DNA of 64,000 nucleotides. Origin: a candidate division WOR-3 bacterium. Lineage in GTDB: Bacteria > Hydrothermota > Tepidihabitantia > B3-TA06. The notes below the pieces were generated by a model, which was not told where the DNA came from, searched no databases, and saw only the letters and a list, made by a program, of their open reading frames with translations. The position numbers were made by a program, and so were the translations under genes. The stretch is taken from the NCBI GenBank assembly GCA_965649265.1, contig CBFGKC010000003.1, positions 117,641 to 181,640 of the forward strand, written 5' to 3'. Of the stretch, positions 9,557 through 20,314 are shown one piece after another (position 1 is the first letter of the stretch; the number at the start of each line of letters is the position of its first letter).

Positions 9557-12500
9557 TTGGAACAGGAAAAAAAAGAAATTGGAGCTTTATTTCAGTCGCT
9601 TGCACGAAGATTACCGGTAGTATGTATCTCTTTTGATTTAAAACGGGAGATTATGGACTGGAATAATGGTGCCGAAATCTTTTTCGGAGTGAGCCGTAAG
9701 GATGCCTTAGGGCGAGACTTCGCCGAATTTGTCGAACTCTCAGAAAGTGATTTTAAAGAAGTGATCGAGGGGAATGAAAAGGAATTTCAGGAAGTCGTAT
9801 CTAGAAAGCTTGACGGATCTAAAACAGTTGTAAAGGCATCATTCTATCCTCTAAGATCTCAAAGTGGTGAATGCAATGCAATAGTGATGGTTGGTGCAGA
9901 GGCTGTGTTTTCTTTGCAGTCAACGCAAGTTATTGAGTCCAGTGACATGTATCGTTCTTTGAGCGAATCGGCATCCATCGGGGTCTGCATCTGTTTCGAA
10001 GACCGTTTCCTTTACGTAAACGAACAGATGTCAAGAATTACAGGTTATAGAGTAGAAGAACTTCTGAAAATGCTGACAAGCGAACTTGTAGCTCCGGAGG
10101 ATAGAGAACGCATAGATCGAATAACAGAATTACGTGAAGCAGGAGAAGCTGCAAAACAAACTTACTCCTTCAGGATAATTCGTAAAGACGGCAAGAGGGT
10201 TTGTATTGATTTGCACGCGCGAGATATCCTTTACCAGGGGAAAAAAGCAAGATTGTGCCACTGCATCGAAATAACGGAAAGGATGCATGCCCAGGAAGAA
10301 TTACGTAAGATTACAGAGCTTTACCGGTCCACAATAGAATCCATGGACGATATAGTGCACGTCATTGATAAAGAAATGAATCTGGTGATGTACAACCACG
10401 TTATGGAAAAGTGGGCTTCCGAAGCGGGCATCGATTTAAAAAAAGCAACAGGGAAATCGCTGTTTGAAGTACTTCCATTTCTAGGGGAGCAAATTCGAGA
10501 TGACTATAGAGAGGTTTTTGAAAAGGGTAAAGTGCTTGTCACGAATGAAAAAGCGGAGCGAAGGGATAAAACTATGATTACGGAAGTGCGCAAGATACCG
10601 GTCAAGGATAAAGAAGGAAACGTAGAGAGAGTAGTAACTGTTATTCGAGATATAACTGAAAAAAATCATTCCGAGAAGTTCCTTAAAGCTTCCGAGGAAC
10701 TTTACCGTTCAACAATCAACGCAATGGGTGAGCTCATTCACGTTGTTGACCGGAACTTAAGAATAATCATGTACAATTTGTCCTTCAAACTCTGGACAGC
10801 CGAGTTAGGCATGAAACTGGAAGACGTTAAGGGGAGACTGGTTATGGAAGTTTTTCCCTTCCTTTCCGGAAAAGTTTTTGAAGAATACATGGAGGTTCTA
10901 AAAATCGGCAAGCCACTTGTGACCCACGAGAGTAATACTATATCTGGACGTGTGATTTATACGGAGACGCGGAAGATTCCAGTGAAGAATAATAAGGGTG
11001 AAGTAGAACGTATAGTAACCGTAGTTCGTGACATAACAGAATTAAAACGTGCGGAGCAAGGGCTAAAACTGACGAATCTGGAACTTACTCAGGAGCGTAA
11101 CTTGTTTGTTTCCGGTCCGGTTGTAGTTTTCAAATGGCAGAACCGAAAAGGATGGCCTGTCGAGTATGTTTCATCCAACGTAGAAAATGTTCTGGGTTAT
11201 TCGGCTGAAGACTGGATTACGGGTGTGATTTCTTACGAAGATCTCATATTTGAGGATGATCTTGCGCGTGTATCCGGTGAAGTTAATAAGTACAGCGATA
11301 GCGAAGCAACGAGTTTCAATCATGAGCCGTACAGGCTTGTTTGTAAAGATAGAAGAATAATATGGGTTGATGATTATACAACTATCATAAAAGACGATAA
11401 GGGTAACATCACACATTATTTAGGTTATATCGTTGATATCACCGAACGTAAAACTGCCGAGGAAGCGCTTAGAAAGTCTGAAGAGAGGTACAGAAATGTT
11501 ACAGAAAGCATTGAGGATGTTATCTTTTCTCTAACCCCTGCCGGTGAGGTGATTTTCGTAAGTGGCGCGTGCGAGAAGATTTTCGGGGTTTCTCCCGAAT
11601 CTCTCGTTGGCAAGAATCTCATAGATGCGGCCTCTAAAGTTACGGTTTCAAAGGAAGAGATAGAAAGACTTGTTGCTCTTCACGCTGAAAATGTCGCCGG
11701 GAAGAAGGAATTTTTACAATACGAGTTTGTGTTTGAGCGAGAACACGAAAAGAAAACCCTTGAGATAAAGCAACGAATGGTTTACGACAAAAACGGCAGA
11801 CTCGTTAACAGTTTTGGAATCTTGAGGGATATTTCAGACCGTAAGAATGCGGAGCAGGAAATCGAGCGAACGAGCCAAGTTCTCAAAAATTTGTTGGATA
11901 TAAGCACGGAAGTATCCTCGAACTTAAATGAGGAAGATGTAGTCAATGTAATTGCAGAAAGGGCTACAGAGCTTTTGAGGGCGGACGGTTGCACGGTCTA
12001 TCGAATGGATCCTGAAACCGATGAACTGGTTCCAAAAACGACGACAATCAAGGAAGATCGCGAGAAAAGGTTATCTTACAGGATACCTATGGGTAAGGGA
12101 ATTACAGGTAAGGCGGCCACAGAACGCAGGGCAATAATAGCCAATGATGTAGAAGATTCAGATGATGCCATTCGCATTCCAGGCACAAAAGATCTTCCCA
12201 GATGTCTTTTAGTGGCTCCTCTTATAGCGCAGGGTGAACTTTGGGGAATGATGACACTCGTTAGATTCAACAAGGAACATTTTATCGAAAGAGACCTCGA
12301 ACTTCTTTCACTATTTGCAAATCAGGTAGCCGATGCCGCCTTAAACAGTACCTTGTTTTCACTTCTTGTCGAATCTGAAGAAAAATACCGTTCATTTGTT
12401 GAACAGGCCCTGGACGGCATAACCATAGTCCAAGACGGCAATATAGTATTTGCCAATCAATCCGTCTTGCGCAGTCTTGGATATGAAATGGACGATATTT

Positions 12501-15500
12501 TGAATAAAGATTTCTTTCATATAATTGCTCCGGGTTCCAGGGATTTGGTCAAAGATCGTTACTTGCGTCGCATGAAAGGTGAAAATACCCCATCGGTATA
12601 CGAGACCCAGCTGATTACTAAAGATGGTAAAATCCTCGATGTCGAGGTCAATGCGGGAATAATACGCTATGCCGGTCGGCCGGCCGATCTGGTTTTTGCC
12701 AGGGATATCAGAGAACGTAAGATAATATCGGAGGCTCTCAGGGCAAGTGAGGAATTCAATCGAACCGTCATAGAGCATTCTCCTCTAGGGGTTTCAGTCC
12801 GTTCGAGAACAGGTAAACTTCTTAGCGTAAATAAGGCCTGGAAGAGAATATGGGGGATATCCGCTGAAGTACTTAAAAAAGATATGGATAAGGAGAGGTC
12901 TGAACTGCATTTTGACGAAAGCGATTCATATCTTGGGGAATGGCTCGATGAAATAAAAAAGGTTTACGAAAATGGAGGATACCTTCATATACCCAAATTG
13001 GAAATCAGGAAGGTAAAGTCAAGCTCTCCGATCTGGATTTCTCATTATTTCTACGCGATTAAAGACCCTTCCGGGGACGTTGAGAGGGTTGTAATTCTTA
13101 CCGAAGACATCACGGAACGCATAAAAGCCGAAGAGGCTCTTCGCGAATCCGAGGAGCGTTATCGCAAGCTGGTTTCTCTATCCCCTGAGGCGATCATTAT
13201 TCTGCTTGAAGGCAAGATTGTTTTCGCAAATAACGCAGCAGTAAGAATGCTGGGAGCTTCCGATCCCAAGGAGCTGATGGGCAGGCCGGGCCTCGATTTT
13301 GTTCATCCGTATTACAAGGATATAGTTTCAGAAAGGATGAGTAAGGTTGAAAACGACGGTGTATCCCACCCCTTCCTTGAAGAAAAACTTATTGCGCTTG
13401 ATGGAAAAGAGTTAATTGTTGATTCTATCTCGATTGCCTTCACCTATCAGGGAAAGCCAGCGGTGCAATTGGTGGCGCACGATATTACTGCGCGAAAGAG
13501 AGTAGAGGAGGCTTTGAAGGAGAGTGAAGAGCTTTATCGAAGTCTTGTTGAGACTTCTCCGGACGCGATTGTTCTCTCCGATCTTGATAATACGATAGTC
13601 AAGCTCAATTTGAGAGCTGCTTTGGTTTTGGGCGTTGAAACCCCAGCCGACCTGGTTGGAATGAATGTCTTGGATTTCTTTGTACCCGAGGACAGACAAC
13701 GTGCCAAGGAAAACGCGGAGAAAACCTTGAGTGAAGGCAAAACATTAAACATTGAATATACCGGCTTGCAGAAGGATGGAACAAAAATACCAATAGAGTT
13801 GAGTACCTCCCTCGTGACAGATGCCGACGGGAAGCCGAAGGGCTTCATCAGTGTAGCTAGAGACATAACAGAACGCAAACTTGCCGAGCAAGCCTTGGCC
13901 GAGTCGGAGCAGAAATACCACGCGATTTCCGACATGGCGGCATTCGGCGTAATAATACATAAGGACGGGAAACCGTTATTCGCGAATCCGATGGCCAGAA
14001 AGCTGCTTGGGTACGGTGAGGATGAGGATGTATCGGGTGTATCAATAATTGACGATGTCATTGTATCGGAAGACAGGAAAAAAGCCCTCGACATAATGGA
14101 AAAAAGGAAATCGGGAGCCGCCCCCCCTGTTTATGACATTAGAGTAAAGACAAAGGGCGGCAAAATTAAAACCATTGAGATTTCGGGAGAGAGAATACGC
14201 TATGGAGGCGAGTCTGCTTATATGGTTTCGTTTGTTGATATAACCGAACGTAAGAAGGCGGAGGAGGCGTTGAGAGATTCGGAAGAACGCTATCGTTCGG
14301 TCGTTGAAACTGCAAAGGACGCTATCGTTTCGACGGACAGCGAAAACAGGATAATTTTCTGGAACAGGGAAGCGCAGAGCATGTTTGGTTATTCTGACGA
14401 AGAAATAGTTGGAAAGCCTTTGACACTTATAATACCGGCTGGTTTTCGCGAAGAACACGAAAGAGGTGTAGCAAAAATAGCAGAGGGGGGAGACCTGAGG
14501 TATGAAGGAGCGGCAAGAGAAGGATTCGGGTTACGAAAAGACAAAACCGAATTCCCGATAGAGTTTTCCGTAAAGGCATGGAAAACAGCCGAGGGAACTT
14601 TTTTTACCGCTATTTTCAGGGACGTTACCGAAAGGAAACATTCTGAGGAGGCCCTCGCCAAATCCGAGGAACGCTATCGTCTTATCTCCGAAAGTGCAAA
14701 CGATCTGATTACTCTTAACGATGAATCCATGAAGTTTCTGTATCATAATGTGGCAGTCGAAAGAATCCTCGGGTTTACTTCCGACGAGATAAGCAAATCC
14801 AGTGTATTGAAACTGGTACATCCTGACGACAGAAAAGCGGTTGCCGAAGCATTTGTCGATGCGTGGTCAAATAAAAGAAGTGCATCTCTTGAGCTCAGAA
14901 TTGGAAAGAAAGACGGTACATATATCTGGATTGAGTCGAAGGGCAGACCCCTTTTTGACGAAGGCGGTAAAGTCAACAGGGCGTTGATAATCTCTCGTGA
15001 TATAACCGATCGCAAACTCGCCGAAGAGGCCCTTCGTGAATCTGAGGAACGTTACCGCAATCTTTTCCAGCAAGCTAACGATGCAATTCTTGTTGCGAGT
15101 CTTGAAGGGCGTATTCTTGCCGCAAATCAGAAGTTATCTGAATTATGTGGTTTCAGCGAAGAAGAACTGCTTTCACGCAACTTTGGGGATATTGTCGCGC
15201 CGGAGATGACGGGCATAATACCTGAGCTTTTGAGACAGGTAAAAACCAGAGGTGGTTTTTTTGGCGAGGGTGTTGGAGTAAGAAAGAACGGCGTAAAATT
15301 TCCGCTGGAAGTGAGTGGCAGTCTTATACCTTGGGGTAAGGGGCAGGGGATGCTAGTGTTTTTGAGAGACATCGGTGAACGCAAACAGGCAGAAGAAGCG
15401 GTCAGGGAGGGGGAGCGTTTTCTTGCAAGTATATTTGCAAGCATTCAGGACGGATTGAGCATTCTTGATAACGATCTGAATATTGTGAGAGTAAACCCCA

Positions 15501-18304
15501 CAATGGAAAAATGGTATGACTATGCAATGCCACTTACCGGTAAAAAGTGTTACGAGGCTTACCATTCCAGAAATGAAAGTTGTGCATCGTGTCCAACCCT
15601 GCGTACAAGAGAAACGGGTGAAAAGGATTACGAGGTAGTACCTAAACGAGGACCCAAGGGGGAAATCATTGGGTGGCTTGAACTTTACAGCTTTCCTCTC
15701 AAGGATCTTTCTACAGGTAAGATGAAAGGTCTCATTGAATATGTTCGTGATATAACAGATCGAAAAGAAGCGGAGGAAGCTCTTAGAGAACGTGAAGAAT
15801 TATACAGAACTCTGGTTCATACGGCTCAAGAAGGCATAAGTCTGGTGGATCCGCAAGAGAAAATCCTTTTCGTCAATCCCAAGATGGCTGAATTGTTGGG
15901 ATACTTGCCCGAAGAACTCACAGGTAGGACCTTGACGGATTTCATGTCCCCAAAAGATACAGAGCTTATCATTAAGGAGACCCAGCGTCGAAAAAAAGGA
16001 GAAACGTCACGTTACGAGATTACACTTTATAATAAAGACAAGATACCAAGGGAAGTTCTTGTCAACGCTGCGCCTATTTTTGAAGCAGACGGGAAGTTAT
16101 ACGCGACTCTAGGGGTTCTGACAGACATCTCTGATATTAAAAAAGCCGAAGAGAAACTCAGGTTAAGGTTGCTATATCAAATCGCACTCTCGGAAATTCT
16201 TAACAGGGCAATAAAAGTTGAAGAGTTTGACAAGTTTTTAATGGATTCGTTCAAAACTCTAGGCAGGGTATTTGCTACCGACAGGGTTTACTTGGCAACC
16301 AATCTTGACAGAAGCGAAAGCTACAGAATAACCCATGAATGGTTTAAGGAAGGTGAGTCTTCTCTTTACGGTTCCGATTATGAGTACTCTGGAATGCGGG
16401 TTTTTTACGACAAATTAGCGAAGGATGAATTGGTAGTAGCTTATTCTAATGAAGAATCTATTGAAAAAAGTTTGCTTTTAAAAAACTCAAAGGCTCAATC
16501 AGGGATATTCGCTCCGCTTAAAATCAGAGACGGTTTTTATGGATTCATCGGTGTATGCAATTCTCAAGAATTTAGGGAATGGACAGAGTTCGAACTTGAA
16601 GAATTCCAGACTTTTATACGACTCATAAGTACCGTAATGGATCGTTTTTTTGAAGAGCAGGAAAGGCGCTTTGCCGAGAATGCACTTTCCGAATCGGAAG
16701 AACGTTACCGGACTCTTGTCGAGACCTCCACAGATATAATATTCCTGCTTACAACAACAGGTCAAGTGCTTTACGTTTCGCCGGCGACCAAAAGGCTGGG
16801 TTATAATCCGGGGGATATTATTAGGAATCCTGCGAATATCACCAAAGCGATTCCACAGGATGAACTGGTTACTCTAAAAGCGATTTTCACGAAGACTTTA
16901 AGGCAAGAGCACTCCGTTCACGAAATCGACACTGAGGTTTATGATGCGAAAGGAAATAGGCATTGGTTTTCTTTGAGTTGGAACTGGATAAGAAATGATA
17001 AGAGCGAAATAATCGCAGTTCAGGGTATAGCTAGAGATATATCTGAACGAAAAGAGACAGAGCGAGCGTTGCGTTTACGAATGGAATATGAGAAGGCTCT
17101 TTTTGAGGTTTCTTCCTTATTTCTTGCAGAAGGTGTCTCGGATACTTCAATTCACGAGTTCCTTGAACGTCTTGGAAGAGTTACTGAAGTTAGCAGGGTA
17201 TACATGTTTTCGCATGACAGGGACGAGGAAGATCGTTTATGTATGCGTCGAACACACCGTTGGGTCTCGGAGGCCTCCTCCAGTCTTGATAACGACAGTA
17301 TGGATAAAATTTACTATGACCAGGGATTTGAAAGGTGGTTGACCAAACTCTCCACAGGGGAAGATATGCACGGACTCGTTGGTAACATGCCACCGATAGA
17401 AAAAAAGCTCTTTACGCAAGAAGGCATAGTCGCATTCTTGGTTCTTCCGATATTCGTAGAAGGGCGCTTCTGGGGTGCAATTGGTTTTGACGAGGCCAGA
17501 GAGGAACGTGAATGGGACGTTGAGGATATAAGGCTTATCTGGACGGCCTCACAAAGTTTTTCTTCAGCTCTCGCCACCGAGAGCAAGGCGCGAGAACTCG
17601 CAATGTCTTACGAAAATCTACGGGAAAGAGAGCGACAGATAACCGATTTGCATATAAGATTAGTTAAGGCTGAGGAGGAAGAGCGCCGCCGTATTGCCCG
17701 TGTTCTTCACGATGAAATCGCCCAGCAGTTGACAGGCATTGCTCTGCTCTTATCCACTCCGGAGTTTAATTTGACCGAGCAATCCGAAGGTCGAATTAAG
17801 GAAGCAAAGGATATGGTCAAGGAGACACAGAAGTTCATACGTGATCTCTCTTATGATTTACGACCTCCCGCTCTCGATAATTTGGGCCTTCTGGCGGCAG
17901 TGAGGGCGTTAGCCAGATCGGTGGCTTTGGCGACAGGTGTCAGCTTTGATGTGGAGGCAGAAGAAGAAATTCCGCGTACGGAACCTGAGACGGAAATAAT
18001 GCTCTATAGAATAATTCAGGAGGCGGTTAACAATGCCCTTAAACACGCAGAGCCCGAAGAAATAAGAGTAATTTTCAAATACCGAAAACCGGTTCTTACG
18101 GTCGGTGTCAGCGATGATGGGAAAGGTTTTGAACTCGAGAAGGTTGCGGCCGAACATAGGGGAATAGGCTTGAACTCAATGCACGAAAGGGTTGCGCTTA
18201 TAGGAGGGAGAATGGAAGTTTCTTCAGCCCCGGGTAGGGGTACGCAATTAAAAGTAGAGGTTGAAATAAAACCCAATGTGAATATACTAAATCCGGAGGA
18301 GTAA
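9557..18304 (+). CDS. Giant cytoplasmic sensor histidine kinase (about 17 PAS, 3 GAF, HisKA_3, HATPase_c)
   Basis: Repeated DITERK..EEAL..SEERYR PAS linkers; GAF segments; ERRRIARVLHDEIAQQL, LRPPALDNLGL, NNALKHA, DDGKGF, GIGL. Confidence 0.95.
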   Translation: MEQEKKEIGALFQSLARRLPVVCISFDLKREIMDWNNGAEIFFGVSRKDALGRDFAEFVELSESDFKEVIEGNEKEFQEVVSRKLDGSKTVVKASFYPLRSQSGECNAIVMVGAEAVFSLQSTQVIESSDMYRSLSESASIGVCICFEDRFLYVNEQMSRITGYRVEELLKMLTSELVAPEDRERIDRITELREAGEAAKQTYSFRIIRKDGKRVCIDLHARDILYQGKKARLCHCIEITERMHAQEELRKITELYRSTIESMDDIVHVIDKEMNLVMYNHVMEKWASEAGIDLKKATGKSLFEVLPFLGEQIRDDYREVFEKGKVLVTNEKAERRDKTMITEVRKIPVKDKEGNVERVVTVIRDITEKNHSEKFLKASEELYRSTINAMGELIHVVDRNLRIIMYNLSFKLWTAELGMKLEDVKGRLVMEVFPFLSGKVFEEYMEVLKIGKPLVTHESNTISGRVIYTETRKIPVKNNKGEVERIVTVVRDITELKRAEQGLKLTNLELTQERNLFVSGPVVVFKWQNRKGWPVEYVSSNVENVLGYSAEDWITGVISYEDLIFEDDLARVSGEVNKYSDSEATSFNHEPYRLVCKDRRIIWVDDYTTIIKDDKGNITHYLGYIVDITERKTAEEALRKSEERYRNVTESIEDVIFSLTPAGEVIFVSGACEKIFGVSPESLVGKNLIDAASKVTVSKEEIERLVALHAENVAGKKEFLQYEFVFEREHEKKTLEIKQRMVYDKNGRLVNSFGILRDISDRKNAEQEIERTSQVLKNLLDISTEVSSNLNEEDVVNVIAERATELLRADGCTVYRMDPETDELVPKTTTIKEDREKRLSYRIPMGKGITGKAATERRAIIANDVEDSDDAIRIPGTKDLPRCLLVAPLIAQGELWGMMTLVRFNKEHFIERDLELLSLFANQVADAALNSTLFSLLVESEEKYRSFVEQALDGITIVQDGNIVFANQSVLRSLGYEMDDILNKDFFHIIAPGSRDLVKDRYLRRMKGENTPSVYETQLITKDGKILDVEVNAGIIRYAGRPADLVFARDIRERKIISEALRASEEFNRTVIEHSPLGVSVRSRTGKLLSVNKAWKRIWGISAEVLKKDMDKERSELHFDESDSYLGEWLDEIKKVYENGGYLHIPKLEIRKVKSSSPIWISHYFYAIKDPSGDVERVVILTEDITERIKAEEALRESEERYRKLVSLSPEAIIILLEGKIVFANNAAVRMLGASDPKELMGRPGLDFVHPYYKDIVSERMSKVENDGVSHPFLEEKLIALDGKELIVDSISIAFTYQGKPAVQLVAHDITARKRVEEALKESEELYRSLVETSPDAIVLSDLDNTIVKLNLRAALVLGVETPADLVGMNVLDFFVPEDRQRAKENAEKTLSEGKTLNIEYTGLQKDGTKIPIELSTSLVTDADGKPKGFISVARDITERKLAEQALAESEQKYHAISDMAAFGVIIHKDGKPLFANPMARKLLGYGEDEDVSGVSIIDDVIVSEDRKKALDIMEKRKSGAAPPVYDIRVKTKGGKIKTIEISGERIRYGGESAYMVSFVDITERKKAEEALRDSEERYRSVVETAKDAIVSTDSENRIIFWNREAQSMFGYSDEEIVGKPLTLIIPAGFREEHERGVAKIAEGGDLRYEGAAREGFGLRKDKTEFPIEFSVKAWKTAEGTFFTAIFRDVTERKHSEEALAKSEERYRLISESANDLITLNDESMKFLYHNVAVERILGFTSDEISKSSVLKLVHPDDRKAVAEAFVDAWSNKRSASLELRIGKKDGTYIWIESKGRPLFDEGGKVNRALIISRDITDRKLAEEALRESEERYRNLFQQANDAILVASLEGRILAANQKLSELCGFSEEELLSRNFGDIVAPEMTGIIPELLRQVKTRGGFFGEGVGVRKNGVKFPLEVSGSLIPWGKGQGMLVFLRDIGERKQAEEAVREGERFLASIFASIQDGLSILDNDLNIVRVNPTMEKWYDYAMPLTGKKCYEAYHSRNESCASCPTLRTRETGEKDYEVVPKRGPKGEIIGWLELYSFPLKDLSTGKMKGLIEYVRDITDRKEAEEALREREELYRTLVHTAQEGISLVDPQEKILFVNPKMAELLGYLPEELTGRTLTDFMSPKDTELIIKETQRRKKGETSRYEITLYNKDKIPREVLVNAAPIFEADGKLYATLGVLTDISDIKKAEEKLRLRLLYQIALSEILNRAIKVEEFDKFLMDSFKTLGRVFATDRVYLATNLDRSESYRITHEWFKEGESSLYGSDYEYSGMRVFYDKLAKDELVVAYSNEESIEKSLLLKNSKAQSGIFAPLKIRDGFYGFIGVCNSQEFREWTEFELEEFQTFIRLISTVMDRFFEEQERRFAENALSESEERYRTLVETSTDIIFLLTTTGQVLYVSPATKRLGYNPGDIIRNPANITKAIPQDELVTLKAIFTKTLRQEHSVHEIDTEVYDAKGNRHWFSLSWNWIRNDKSEIIAVQGIARDISERKETERALRLRMEYEKALFEVSSLFLAEGVSDTSIHEFLERLGRVTEVSRVYMFSHDRDEEDRLCMRRTHRWVSEASSSLDNDSMDKIYYDQGFERWLTKLSTGEDMHGLVGNMPPIEKKLFTQEGIVAFLVLPIFVEGRFWGAIGFDEAREEREWDVEDIRLIWTASQSFSSALATESKARELAMSYENLRERERQITDLHIRLVKAEEEERRRIARVLHDEIAQQLTGIALLLSTPEFNLTEQSEGRIKEAKDMVKETQKFIRDLSYDLRPPALDNLGLLAAVRALARSVALATGVSFDVEAEEEIPRTEPETEIMLYRIIQEAVNNALKHAEPEEIRVIFKYRKPVLTVGVSDDGKGFELEKVAAEHRGIGLNSMHERVALIGGRMEVSSAPGRGTQLKVEVEIKPNVNILNPEE

Positions 18305-18954
18305 TGGCAGAGAAAATAAGAGTTGTACTTATTGATGATCATACCGTAGTTCGTAAGGGTATTCGTGTACTCCTTGAACAGGAGCCGGATATAGAGGTAG
18401 TAGCGGAAGCCGAAGACGGTCTGAAAGGTGTAGATGTTTGTGTCGAATACGAACCAGATGTTGTTGTGCTGGACATGGCTTTACCTCTGCTTTCCGGAGT
18501 GGAGGCCGCAAGAAAGATACGCGAAAAAGTACCTGGAGCAAGAATTCTTATACTCTCCATGTATGATGATGAAGAATACATACTCGATTCATTCAAGGTT
18601 GGGGTATCCGGCTACATACTGAAAGACGTGGTAGTCTCCGATCTTGTCTCTGCGGTTCAAAGTGTGTATAGAGGATCAACATTTCTCTCTCCATCGGTAT
18701 CTGAGAAACTTCGCCGTCAGCTGCAAGAAGGTCAAACCCGAGGTGGATCAAAACAGGGGCCAGCAAAACTGACTTCACGCGAACGCCAGATCCTTAAACT
18801 AATAGCAGAAGGTTATACCAGCAAACAAATATCCGAGATACTCAAAATCAGTTTCAAGACCGTTCAAACTCATCGCGCCCACATTATGGAAAAACTGGGA
18901 GTCCATTCAACGGCAGAGTTGACTCGCTACGCGGTCACAAAGGGTTTACTGTAG
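18304..18954 (+). CDS. NarL/LuxR-family response regulator
   Basis: IDDHTVVR, VLDMALP receiver; LTSRERQIL..KTVQTHRAHIMEKL HTH; coupled to the kinase. Confidence 0.96.
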   Translation: MAEKIRVVLIDDHTVVRKGIRVLLEQEPDIEVVAEAEDGLKGVDVCVEYEPDVVVLDMALPLLSGVEAARKIREKVPGARILILSMYDDEEYILDSFKVGVSGYILKDVVVSDLVSAVQSVYRGSTFLSPSVSEKLRRQLQEGQTRGGSKQGPAKLTSRERQILKLIAEGYTSKQISEILKISFKTVQTHRAHIMEKLGVHSTAELTRYAVTKGLL

Positions 18955-19138
18955 CGCGAAGTAGAAAACCGTGTAAGGCCTTTTAAGTAGGCTCTAATAT
19001 AGGTTAGATGTCCTATTGATATAGGGACCCTTCCGAAGCACAATTCCAAAGTAAAATCGGTTATAGAAGTCGCTAATGTATCTATCCAAGCAAGAAGAGG
19101 GATGGAATAGACGTTTACGACGTTAATTAGGAAGCAAA

Positions 19139-19498
19139 ATGAAACACCGTGTATGGTTTGACGAAGATCACAATGCACTTAGGGTAAGATTGGTTGGGCA
19201 CTGCGACAGGAAAGATATTGTAGAACTTGGCAAGAGATTCCGGGATCTGCTTGGAGACAAGAAATCTCGGCGAGGTGTCATTGATCTCTCGGAGATAGAT
19301 TCCTTTCCTGATGAAGACACAAGGGAGCAGCTTGTGGATGAAACCAGCGCTGCCGGGTTTACAAAAGTCGCAGTTGTTGGAACCAGGCCTGAGATAAAGG
19401 TTGTGGGCCTCATAATCTTCGAAAGATTAGGCAAGGAGGTGGAAACAGAATTTTTTAACGAGGAAGCAAAGGCGATTGTCTGGCTCAACGGTGATTGA
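19139..19498 (+). CDS. STAS/SEC14 (SpoIIAA-like) small protein
   Basis: VIDLSE, KVAVVG, FFNEEAKAIVWL C-terminus. Confidence 0.7.
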   Translation: MKHRVWFDEDHNALRVRLVGHCDRKDIVELGKRFRDLLGDKKSRRGVIDLSEIDSFPDEDTREQLVDETSAAGFTKVAVVGTRPEIKVVGLIIFERLGKEVETEFFNEEAKAIVWLNGD

Positions 19499-19572
19499 GT
19501 AGTCTTGAAAAAAATTTGATACGAATTCAGGGTGAGCAGAACAAGGAAATTCCTGCACTCCTCCCATGGTCC

Positions 19573-19602
19573 GAAGGTCCCCGCCGCGAGGTTGGGACCT
19601 TC
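19573..19602. terminator. GC-rich hairpin between convergent genes, possible terminator
   Basis: GAAGGTCCC/GGGACCTTC perfect stem around CGCCGCGAGGTT; no strong U-tract. Confidence 0.4.
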
Positions 19603-19609
19603 TTCCTTA

Positions 19610-20137
19610 CTAACGATTCCTGTAACGAAGTTTAGCTGTAAGGATCTCTTTGAGCAGATCAGGTTCACGAGGTGAAACGAGCAAGTTTCTTTCACCGAGA
19701 AGTATCAATGCCTTTTTGGAGTTAGTAGCCTGCGCCTCGAATTTCCCCCATTCGCGATTGTGGAATGTGCCGAAGTAGCCGAAGAGACCTGCCGAACCTG
19801 ATATCTTTCGGGAGAGAGCCTTAAATCCAACGTCTACAAGCTCCATTCTTTCGAACAAATGCAGAGGGTATATCTTCTGCCCGAAGAAACGTCTGCGGAC
19901 CACGAATTCGGTATCCGTCAGCTTATATCCTGCCGGCGCCCATCCGGCAATGAGAAGCATCACTATTAGATAGAAGAGACCAATGCCCATTATAAACCAT
20001 CGGAGTGAAAATTCCTTCGCATACTTCTCATAATCAAAAGGGATCAAAGCCCCAACCAGAAAAATGAGAATCAGAATAACAAATACAATAAACCCCGCCT
20101 TGTTGGGGCGATCGAACTCAGCAATAGGAAAATCCAT
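19610..20137 (-). CDS. Membrane protein with a bacterial PH domain (bPH_5-like)
   Basis: Two TM helices then GSAGLFGYFGTF..WGKF..ATN..LVSP. Confidence 0.75.
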   Translation of the reverse strand: MDFPIAEFDRPNKAGFIVFVILILIFLVGALIPFDYEKYAKEFSLRWFIMGIGLFYLIVMLLIAGWAPAGYKLTDTEFVVRRRFFGQKIYPLHLFERMELVDVGFKALSRKISGSAGLFGYFGTFHNREWGKFEAQATNSKKALILLGERNLLVSPREPDLLKEILTAKLRYRNR

Positions 20138-20314
20138 GAATTATAATAGACTTTTCTGCGACAAAGTCAATTTACCAGTCACCATGCAAATCGCCGTTGA
20201 AAACCGATTCGTGGATTGTTGTGAACGTTGCAACCAGAAAGGATGCCTCGACAAGGACAGTTTCTCTAATGATCCCCTTTGTTGAAGTTATCATCTTGCC
20301 GTCCGGGATATGCT

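Noticed and set aside
19520-19610. HDV-like ribozyme, SRP RNA or SECIS element
   Set aside because: Only a single hairpin is supportable; the nested pseudoknot and SRP motifs are missing, and it is too far from the TGA for a bacterial SECIS.
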